A stretch of 64,000 nt of DNA from positions 223,215-287,214 of the forward strand of contig MEOE01000023.1 in NCBI GenBank assembly GCA_001768565.1, read 5' to 3'. Of the stretch, positions 20,511-28,900 are shown one piece after another. Numbering within the stretch: position 1 is the stretch's first letter; each line of letters opens with the position of its first letter. The notes beneath the pieces are model-generated. The model did no database searches and was not told where the DNA came from. It saw only the letters and a program-made list of their open reading frames with translations. A program made the position numbers and the translations under genes. The DNA is from Bacteroidetes bacterium GWF2_33_16. Its GTDB lineage: Bacteria; Bacteroidota; Bacteroidia; Bacteroidales; UBA12077.

Positions 20511-20626
20511 AAAAAAGCAGAGCAAGATCGCCAAACCAACCGGGCAAATCGGGGATAAACATGAAGGTTTAATTTCAGGGGATGTGATTTACTAACCCGG
20601 GTAAATCAACTAACTTCTTGCTCTGC
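20511..20626 (-). ncRNA. Candidate small structured RNA (rod-like; family unknown, possibly 6S-like)
   Basis: A 10-bp perfect closing helix pairs 20517-20526 with 20617-20626. Inner helices are 20540-20544/20596-20600, 20546-20550/20586-20590 and 20556-20560/20567-20571. The element is locally GC-enriched. On the minus strand the closing helix is followed directly by U6 (A6 at 20511-20516). A promoter-like box lies immediately upstream. Confidence 0.4.
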
Positions 20627-20657
20627 CAAAATTGCTCTACAACAATAAGATTAACAA
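20627..20657 (-). promoter_or_regulatory. Putative Bacteroidota-type promoter for the candidate sRNA
   Basis: Read on the minus strand: TTG (20657-20655), a 20-nt spacer, then CAATTTTG (20634-20627). This is 7/8 to the TAnnTTTG -7 consensus. It abuts the closing helix. Confidence 0.35.
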
Positions 20658-20843
20658 GAATAATTTTACCCTATTGGTTTTATACTATTATTAACTTTGT
20701 GCACCAAATGGCAGGATTACATTTTACAAGTCTTGAGATTGGTGAGAATTCATTATTCAAACCCATTTTCTATAATTATTGTGCTTCTCTGGAATTATTT
20801 TGAACGTAACCGCAAAAACAATGAATTAATAAAACGAACTTTT

Positions 20844-21563
20844 TTATTTTGAATTGATTCTATTAAAGAAATGTTCCCTGTAGCTATAACCAATTGGAAT
20901 CTTATTTTGCCCAATAGTTATCTGATGTTTTTCAATTAAATCTATTTGATTTAAATTAATTATATATGACTTATGAATCCTTATAAACCTTTCGTCAGAT
21001 ATCAGATCAAGCACTTCTTTCATAGTAAAAACTGAAATGATTCGTTCTACCTGAGTAAAAAAGTAAACATAGTTACTATCGCTCTGGATATATAAAATAT
21101 CATCTTTTAAGAGCTTATGTATTTTGGTGCCACTTTTTACCAGAATAAAAGGATCGGATTTTTTACTTTCTTTTTGCGACAATTCAATTTCATTTTTTTC
21201 GTGATGTTGTAAATTGAATTGTTTAAGTGCCTTGTTAACAGATTTTACAAACCTGTTAAAATCAATTGGCTTAAGCAGGTAATCAACAACATTAAACTCG
21301 AAGCTATCAACGGCATACTCAGAATAAGCAGTTGTAAAAACCACCATGGGTTGTGCTTCTAGTGTTCTAAGAAAATCTAAACCTGATAAATTAGGCATTT
21401 CGATATCAAGAAAAATCAAATCAATTTTATTCTTTTGCAGGTATTCAATTGCCTTGAGCGAATTCGTAAAGGTTTCTTTTAATGTCATAAACGGAACTTT
21501 CGATGCATAATTTTTTATAACATCCAGAGCTCTAGGTTCATCATCAATTGCTATGCAGTTCAT
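20844..21563 (-). CDS. LytTR family DNA-binding response regulator
   Basis: MNCIAIDDEPRALDVI receiver N-terminus with DIEMP. The C-terminal LytTR block is FIRIHKSYIINL. I prefer ATG at 21563 over the TTG at 21581. Confidence 0.9.
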   Translation of the reverse strand: MNCIAIDDEPRALDVIKNYASKVPFMTLKETFTNSLKAIEYLQKNKIDLIFLDIEMPNLSGLDFLRTLEAQPMVVFTTAYSEYAVDSFEFNVVDYLLKPIDFNRFVKSVNKALKQFNLQHHEKNEIELSQKESKKSDPFILVKSGTKIHKLLKDDILYIQSDSNYVYFFTQVERIISVFTMKEVLDLISDERFIRIHKSYIINLNQIDLIEKHQITIGQNKIPIGYSYREHFFNRINSK

Positions 21564-21570
21564 AGAAATA

Positions 21571-22572
21571 TTATAATTCAATTTTTAAATCCACAAAAAA
21601 GAAATGATCATCCGAATTAATTATTAAATTATGTCTTTTTGGATAAACTAAGTTAAGTCTTCTTTTAACATTATCAAGACCAATTCCCGAATTCCTTTTA
21701 TCATTTCTGCTATTTAAATTGCCAATAGGATTTTTAACAATCAGGTTAAGCATGCGATTATCAATTGTAAGCGAGATATCAATATAATTGTGACTATCGA
21801 CACTTAAACCATGTTTAAATGCATTTTCGATAAACGGAATAAGAATCATTGGGCAAATGAATATTGATTTAAAGTTATCTGTTATTTGAAGGTTTACTTT
21901 TAATAAATCCTGATTTTCGAAACGAAGTTTTTGAAGCTCTATAAAGTTTCTGATATATGTAATTTCTTTTTCTAAACTCACTAGTTCCACATTACTTTCA
22001 TATATCATGTATCGCATTAATTGAGATAATTTAAGCAATCCATTTGCTGTTTCGTTATCATTATTTTTTTGAGCAATAGAAAAAAGGTTGTTAAGTGTAT
22101 TAAATAAAAAATGAGGGTTTACCTGGCTTTTTAACAAATTCAATTCCGCCTTTAATTGTTTGGCTTCCATTTCCTGCATCATGTATTGTTGATTTATTCC
22201 TCTTCGAAAATATCGTAAGCTTGTTGTTATAGTCAGTATTATTAAAACATCAGTATATCCTGATCTTTCAAAAACACTTTCATAAAGGATTTTATTAACT
22301 GATAATTCTGATAAATAGCCAAAAAGCAATATGATAAGTATTATTAATCCGGAATAAATTAAATATTTACGTTTGTTGAAAAAACGGGTGTGAATATAAA
22401 AATGGGAATAAGATGCAAGCATCCATGGGAAAATAAAAGCAAAACTCATTCGTATACCATAGTTTATAGATTGATTTCTCGATCCAAAAAAAATGAAAAC
22501 GGCATAAAGTAGACTCCAGAAATAGAAATGGTATGCAATGCGGTGATTTAGAATGCCGAAAATCTTATTCAT
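21571..22572 (-). CDS. LytS/YehU-type sensor histidine kinase (His_kinase PF06580-like)
   Basis: Four N-terminal TM helices. The QVNPHFLFNTLNNL H-box is typical of LytS-type kinases. A C-terminal ATPase block is present (GIGLDNVKRRL). Confidence 0.85.
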   Translation of the reverse strand: MNKIFGILNHRIAYHFYFWSLLYAVFIFFGSRNQSINYGIRMSFAFIFPWMLASYSHFYIHTRFFNKRKYLIYSGLIILIILLFGYLSELSVNKILYESVFERSGYTDVLIILTITTSLRYFRRGINQQYMMQEMEAKQLKAELNLLKSQVNPHFLFNTLNNLFSIAQKNNDNETANGLLKLSQLMRYMIYESNVELVSLEKEITYIRNFIELQKLRFENQDLLKVNLQITDNFKSIFICPMILIPFIENAFKHGLSVDSHNYIDISLTIDNRMLNLIVKNPIGNLNSRNDKRNSGIGLDNVKRRLNLVYPKRHNLIINSDDHFFFVDLKIEL

Positions 22573-22754
22573 AATAATATCAATTATTTGTCAAAGTAAC
22601 AAAATGAAATACAAATACTCCAAATTAAACATGCGAACCGATGTTTTACTACTTTTTTATTTGTTTGTCATAATTTATTGATACTTCATAAGGTTTAATT
22701 TTTTTATATCTTGTTATCACCCAAATTTGTACTCAGAAACTAATAATAATAATT

Positions 22755-23657
22755 ATGAAAACAATAATAAAAGCAAATCAGTTATTCACTCAAAAAGAGA
22801 CAAAATCGAAATTATCAAGAATAGTTCAGTTTCCATTAAGCAGGATGATTATAGTAATCCTTTTTATTGCCCCAATCTTGGTTTTACGTGCCGTATTCTC
22901 ATATGTTGTATTAGATAATCTTGAGGGAAATATTGAAATTTTAATTCACTATACAGAAACTATTATATCAATTGTTTTAATTTTTCTTGCCTACCGGTAT
23001 TATACAAAAAAAATTGAAAACAGACCTGCTTTTGAATTAAATCATGAAAAATGGTATGTTGAATTTGCACAAGGTATTGGAATTGGTGGTGGACTTGTTG
23101 TTATTATTGTCGCTTTATTAGCACTTTTTGGGATGTATAAAATTGCTAATTTCAATTCTCCTTTTGTTTTATTTGAGCGTATTTTCCGATATGGGATAGG
23201 TTCTTTTGTTGAAGAGATGATATTTACCATTATCATTTTTCGATTAATTGAAGAATTTGCAGGAACTATCACATCAACAATTTTCGTTTCTTTATTATTT
23301 GGAATAATGCACCTTGGTAACGATAATGCTACCATTTTAAGCTCTTTTTCAATTAGCTTTGAACATCTAATCATTTTAGCTCCATTTATTCTTACACGCC
23401 GGATTTGGATGGTTTGGGCAATTCATTTCAGTTGGAATTATTTTCAAACTGCAGTTTTCGGAATGAATAACTCGGGAATGGCTCATGGTGGATTTATTAA
23501 ACCTTTAATAAGTGGACCAGAATGGGTCACCGGAGGCAGTTTTGGTATAGAAGGATCACATATTTCTATTGCTTTAAATATTATTGTTGGAGTTATCATA
23601 TTATGGTATGCAATTAAGCAACAACAATTGGTTAAAGCATCGTGGAGGAGAAGATAA
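22755..23657 (+). CDS. CPBP family intramembrane glutamic endopeptidase (CAAX protease/Abi)
   Basis: Polytopic membrane protein. Motifs are VEEMIFT..FR (EExxxR-like), FGIMH and HFSWN (FxxxH / HxxxN). Confidence 0.8.
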   Translation: MKTIIKANQLFTQKETKSKLSRIVQFPLSRMIIVILFIAPILVLRAVFSYVVLDNLEGNIEILIHYTETIISIVLIFLAYRYYTKKIENRPAFELNHEKWYVEFAQGIGIGGGLVVIIVALLALFGMYKIANFNSPFVLFERIFRYGIGSFVEEMIFTIIIFRLIEEFAGTITSTIFVSLLFGIMHLGNDNATILSSFSISFEHLIILAPFILTRRIWMVWAIHFSWNYFQTAVFGMNNSGMAHGGFIKPLISGPEWVTGGSFGIEGSHISIALNIIVGVIILWYAIKQQQLVKASWRRR

Positions 23658-23685
23658 CGATTTAGTAACACAAAATACAGAAAAT

Positions 23686-23712
23686 GAAAAAGGAGCCTTT
23701 CAGCTCCTTTCC
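23686..23712. terminator. Bidirectional terminator between convergent genes
   Basis: AAAGGAGC-CTTTCA-GCTCCTTT hairpin (23689-23710). Confidence 0.7.
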
Positions 23713-23732
23713 CTATTTTCCTTTATTCAAGA

Positions 23733-24686
23733 TCAAAACCAACCCGACTCCTGAATATCAAATGTTGCAGTGCCAATTTGTGCTCCATCGCCAAATAGAT
23801 ATACTTCGTATTTTCCAGGTATTAATGCACCATTATTGTCCCAATAAATTGTAACTTCAAGATCGTTACCTATAAAATCAATCGGACGTTTGGCCGAGAA
23901 AACAATTTGTTTGCCTTCGAATTCGAACAAATCATCTTCTGATTTAGCAAGAATATAATCATCTGGTCCTGCTATACGAACAAAAATATCACGTTCGCCT
24001 TGTTTTGCCAATACATTTTCTTTAATAGTAAAATCAATTTTAATTTTTTCAATTTTGTTGATCTTATTATTTTCTTTACCACGCTTATTAATACAAATAG
24101 CTTTTAAATTCTCAGTACGTAAAACACTTGCAAATTCAACTTTGCCTGTAAGATCTTTATTTTTTTCTTCCAGCTCTTTTTTCTCGGTTTGAAAAACTGT
24201 TATTTCGTTTTTAACCTTAATGTTTTCTGCAACCAAAGCCTGATTCATTGTATTTAACGAATCAATCTGGCGAACATAGCTTTGAGCAACTTCACGCAAC
24301 GTTCCTAATTCAGCTTCCAGTTGTTTAATCTTTGTAAAATTGGTTGCTTTTGTAGTTTTTAACTCTGCAATTAAATTATCAATTTTTTTCTTCTCTAAAT
24401 TTAATTGTTCGTTTATTGAGTCGTTATCAGTCATTAATTCGTCGTACTCAGCTTTTAATTGCTCCAAATGCGTTTGCAAAGAATCTTTTTCTGCTGTTAG
24501 TACTGTTTGAATTTCTTCAGTAGTATTGCGCTGATTAATATATAACCAGGTTACAACACCAAGTAATATTACAAGTAAAAACAATAAGAAAATTAATCCG
24601 CTATTTGATTTTTTTGGCTGATTAACTACCTGTTTATTTTGTTGTTGAGTATTTTCAGGATTTTGGTTTTTGTTTTGATCTTCCAT
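23733..24686 (-). CDS. Hypothetical membrane-anchored coiled-coil protein
   Basis: Q/N-rich N-terminal tail, then one TM helix (GLIFLLFLLVILLGVVTWLYI). About 150 aa of heptad-like sequence follows. The protein ends in a ~130-aa beta-rich C-terminal domain. Confidence 0.6.
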   Translation of the reverse strand: MEDQNKNQNPENTQQQNKQVVNQPKKSNSGLIFLLFLLVILLGVVTWLYINQRNTTEEIQTVLTAEKDSLQTHLEQLKAEYDELMTDNDSINEQLNLEKKKIDNLIAELKTTKATNFTKIKQLEAELGTLREVAQSYVRQIDSLNTMNQALVAENIKVKNEITVFQTEKKELEEKNKDLTGKVEFASVLRTENLKAICINKRGKENNKINKIEKIKIDFTIKENVLAKQGERDIFVRIAGPDDYILAKSEDDLFEFEGKQIVFSAKRPIDFIGNDLEVTIYWDNNGALIPGKYEVYLFGDGAQIGTATFDIQESGWF

Positions 24687-24797
24687 GATTTATAAAAAAT
24701 TTATGTATACAATTTAGCTTGCAAAATTAGTCTTTATTTTTAATTTGTTCGAATTTTTAGACACATTAATTAAACGCATTATTTAGTAAAATAGTAT

Positions 24798-25928
24798 TTA
24801 CTCTTCTGTATCAGTCTCTGTCATAAGAAAATATGTTCCATCGACAACGATTTCCGAGCTTAGAAGATCAGCTGATGGATTAATTATTTCAATATATTCA
24901 TCTTTTACAAGTCCTGTTTTTATCAATTGTTTTTCAAAACCCATCTCCTTTTTAACAAAAATATAAGATTTATCTTTATGTTCAGCAACAGCCGAACTGG
25001 GTAAACAAAATACTTCTTTTTCGTTTAACAGAATAGATGCGCCAATATACATTCCTGGGTGCAATTCACCCTTGACATTATTATATTTGCAAATAGCTTT
25101 CACTACTCTGTCAGTATTATCAATCTGTACACCAATGTTTTGAATAGTTGTAATAAATTTATTTTTATTATCATTAACCATAAAAAATACAACTCTTTGT
25201 CCTGTTTTAAGTTTATTAAGATCTTTTTCATAAATATTAAGGTTTATCATAACTAACGAAAAATTTATTACTTCACATATAGCATCAGCGGGTTCAATTA
25301 TCCTTCCCTTATTTATCCTTAAATTTGATACATATCCGGCAATAGGTGCTTTAACTTTAAATTCTTTAATAAAATCACCCTTGTCAATAATTGCTGGATC
25401 AATACCCAATAATTCGAGATTTGTTTTTGCCGATTTGTAAGCAGCCTGTGCTGTCCAATATTCAGCTTGAGCTTTTTGCATATTCTTTATTGATGCTGCA
25501 TTTTCAACAGTTAATTCGCCCTGCCTTTTAAACTCTTGTTCAAAATAATTTACCTGGCTTTTATTCTCTAAATATTGTTGTTGTAATGCAATAAAGTCGG
25601 GATGCGAAAGTGAAACTAGAATTGCTCCGGCTTTGACATAATCACCTTCATTTACAAAAACATCATTCACAAATCCAGAAATTACTGGCGAAATTGTAGC
25701 TCTATCTTTTGGCAAAACATCAATATTACCGGAACATTCCAATGATTCTGACAGTTTTCTCTTTTCAATTTTTCCTGCTTTTATTCCTGACTCATCAATT
25801 TGTTCTTGCGATAATTTAATGATGTAATCTGGAATTTCTTCGGGTTGAGCAACTATAGTTTCTGTTTTTTTATTTGTACAGGCCGAAATTATTGCTAATA
25901 CAAACAGAATAGTCATTACTTTTCTCAT
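24798..25928 (-). CDS. Efflux RND transporter periplasmic adaptor (MFP/HlyD-CzcB family) lipoprotein
   Basis: Lipobox IISAC. It has the biotinyl-lipoyl-like, hairpin and beta-barrel layout typical of MFPs. It starts 9 nt after the stop of the RND gene. I prefer ATG at 25928. Confidence 0.85.
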   Translation of the reverse strand: MRKVMTILFVLAIISACTNKKTETIVAQPEEIPDYIIKLSQEQIDESGIKAGKIEKRKLSESLECSGNIDVLPKDRATISPVISGFVNDVFVNEGDYVKAGAILVSLSHPDFIALQQQYLENKSQVNYFEQEFKRQGELTVENAASIKNMQKAQAEYWTAQAAYKSAKTNLELLGIDPAIIDKGDFIKEFKVKAPIAGYVSNLRINKGRIIEPADAICEVINFSLVMINLNIYEKDLNKLKTGQRVVFFMVNDNKNKFITTIQNIGVQIDNTDRVVKAICKYNNVKGELHPGMYIGASILLNEKEVFCLPSSAVAEHKDKSYIFVKKEMGFEKQLIKTGLVKDEYIEIINPSADLLSSEIVVDGTYFLMTETDTEE

Positions 25929-25937
25929 AAACAAAAA

Positions 25938-28900
25938 TTATTTAGTATAAAATTCAAGTTCAATAGCTGTTTTATTATAATTGTAAAGTGTTGTTAAATA
26001 CTCTGATTTTATATCTTGAGCCGTTTTAATACTTTGCAAAAATTCGAAATATTCTATCTCTTCTTTTTCAAATTGGATTTGAGCTGTTTGCGATAGCACT
26101 TCAGCTTTCTTCAATGCATTTTCATAATAATAAATAAGATCATTTTGTAATTGATCGAGTTGAATCACAAGATTTTCTATTTCTTTTGAAAGATTAAACC
26201 GTTGGTACTCTAATGTATTGAAAGCTTTTTCCTTCTCAATTTTTGCTTGTTGTACAGATGAATTTTGTGGTAAAAACCACAATGGAACAGATATGCCAAT
26301 GCTCCATCCTGTAAAACCTGAAACCTGATCAATCTGTTGACTAAAATATCCAGCTGAAATCTCAGGAAAATATTTTGATCGCTCCAAATTGTATTTTGTG
26401 TTTTCGAGGTTATATTTATTCTGGTAAAAGTCTGTTATTATTGAATTATCAAATCTTTCGCTGTCTTTCTGCACTGCAGGGAGCTGATAAATATACATAG
26501 AATCGGAAGCAGGCAAAAAATCTCCTTCTGAGTTCATAATTTGCTTTAGATTATTCTCTGCAATTAAAAGTTGCTCATTTATTTTCTGTAATTCATTTTT
26601 CGATTTAGCAAACTCCGTTTCGGCTAAGGTTTGTTCCAAGAGGTTCGTCTCACCCATTTTATATTTTAATTGCGCAATTCTAACAAACTCACTAAAAAGG
26701 CTAACTTGCTCCTGCTTTATTTTAAACTGATTAATTAGATGAATCCAATTGAACCAGGCAATTTTTGTTTGTACCGTTATTTCCTTTTTAGCAATTTCAA
26801 ATTCAGTATGGCTTAAGGCAATATTCTGGTTTACAAATTTTGAAGTTTGATAATGTGTTAGTAATGATCCAAAATTCTGATTAATCTCCCATGAATGATC
26901 TATTAGTTTGGAATTCATTTGCCCTTTTTGATATGAAAACTCAGTTGGGGCAAAATTTAAAATCGCTTGTTTGCCTTTTTTAGCACTTTGAATTGATAAT
27001 CCGGCATTTTTTAAAACAGGATTATTCGTTAAAGCCATTTCTACTGCCTGATCAATAGTAATATTTTGTGTTTCAGAATTACCTTCTTGTGCATACAAAG
27101 AACTTGAAGCTCCGACAATACCTAATAATAAAATAGTTTTAATCATTTTCGAAAACCTTGATAGCTTGAACTTATGTTTTGTATTAAAAACCATAAATAA
27201 CAATGGAAGAGCAATCATTGTTAGCATTGTTGATGTCACAAGGCCACCAATTACTACAGTAGCTAAAGGTCGTTGAACCTCTGCACCTGAAGATGTAGAA
27301 ATAGCCATTGGCAGAAATCCTAATGCTGCTGCTGCGGCAGTTAGCATTACCGGGCGAAGTCTTTCTCGGGTTGCTTTTAAAATCAATTCGCGCATATCGG
27401 TCATTCCTGATTCTTTTAAATCCTTTAAATGTTCAATAAGAACAATTCCATTTAATACGGCTACTCCAAAAAGAGCAATAAAACCAATACCTGCAGACAC
27501 ACTAAATGGCATTCCCCGAATCCATAAAAACAAAACTCCCCCAACAGCTGATAAAGGAACTGCTGTAAAAATAAGTACTGCATCTTTAATCGATTTAAAG
27601 GCAAAATGAAGGAATATAAAAATCAATAAAAGAGCTACTGGTACTGCGAGCATTAATCTTCGTGTTGCGTTTTGTAGGTTTTCAAATTGTCCTCCATAGG
27701 TTATGTAGGTTCCAGGATTTAACTTTACATTTTCACCTATCGAAGCCTGAATATCTTTTATAACCGATTCCAAATCACGATTACGAACATTAACACTTAC
27801 CACAACTCTGCGATGTGTATTTTCTCTTGAAATCTTGGCTGGTCCGGTTGTATAGAAAATATCTGCCAGCTCTGTCAATGGCACCTGATTTCCATTGTGC
27901 AATCCAATTTGTAATCCCTTTATATGATCAATATCTTTGCGAAAAGGTTCCTGAAAACGAACAACCATATCAAATCGTTTTTCACCTTCGAAAACACTTC
28001 CTGCCATTTCTCCGCCAAAAGCCATTGTTAATTGTTGATTTAGTTCTTCAATATTCAATCCATAAGCAGCAATCTTTTGGCGCTGATACGTAACACTTAT
28101 TTGAGGTAGTCCGGCTGTTTTTTCTAGTATTACATCGGCTGCGCCTGGAATTTTATCAATTAGTTTTTTTATTTCAATTGCTTTGTCATTTAAATAATCC
28201 AGGTCTTCACCAAAAATTTTAACTGCTATATCTGATCGTACTCCAGTTATTAATTCATTAAACCTCATCTCTATCGGTTGGGTAAATTCATAATCGATAC
28301 CAGGAATAACCAAAAGTGCTTCCTTAAACTTGTCTGCCAGCTCTTCTTTTGATTTAGCAGAAACCCATTCTTTTTTGGGCTTGAGTTTTATAATCATATC
28401 AATTTCTTCCATCGACATAGGGTCGGTAGGAACTTCGGCAGCACCAATACGACATACAATCTGATCGACTTCAGGAAATGTTTCTTTCAGGATTTTTTCC
28501 ATTTGTGTAGTTAACTCAACCGTTTTTGAAAGCGATGTCCCAGTTTTTAAAACAGGTTGAATTACAAAATCACCTTCATCAAGTGTTGGAACAAACTCTC
28601 CCCCCATCCGACCAAATAAATATCCTGTTAGAATAAGAGAAGCAATGGCCATTGCAAATATTATATTTTTATGATCGTAAGACCATTTTATTACGGGACA
28701 ATATGACCTATATGCAATATTCATGATCCATTTCGAAAGACTCTTTTTATTTTCTTTCTCAGGTTTTAAAAACAATGAAGAAGCTACCGGAAGCCATGTT
28801 AATCCCAGTATCATTGCTCCTAAAATTGCAAAACTAAAAGAGGTTGCCATTGGCCTGAACATTTTCCCTTCAACTCCACTCAATGTAAAAATTGGGATTA

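Noticed and set aside
20618-20803. A 61-aa TTG-initiated ORF in the M14/LytTR intergenic gap.
   Set aside because: - It has no ATG start, no motif and an odd composition.
- It starts inside the closing helix of the candidate structured element.
- The region is better explained as non-coding.
22727-22918. A 63-aa ORF overlapping the start of the CPBP protease gene in another frame.
   Set aside because: - It is an asparagine-rich, low-complexity translation of an AT-rich promoter/5' region.
- The CPBP frame has clear motifs.
25938-27146. Annotating the TolC-like part as a separate gene from the RND pump.
   Set aside because: - There is no stop codon upstream in frame, so the sequence as given encodes one ORF.
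- I report it as a fusion and flag internal initiation at Met1049 as an alternative, rather than asserting two genes.
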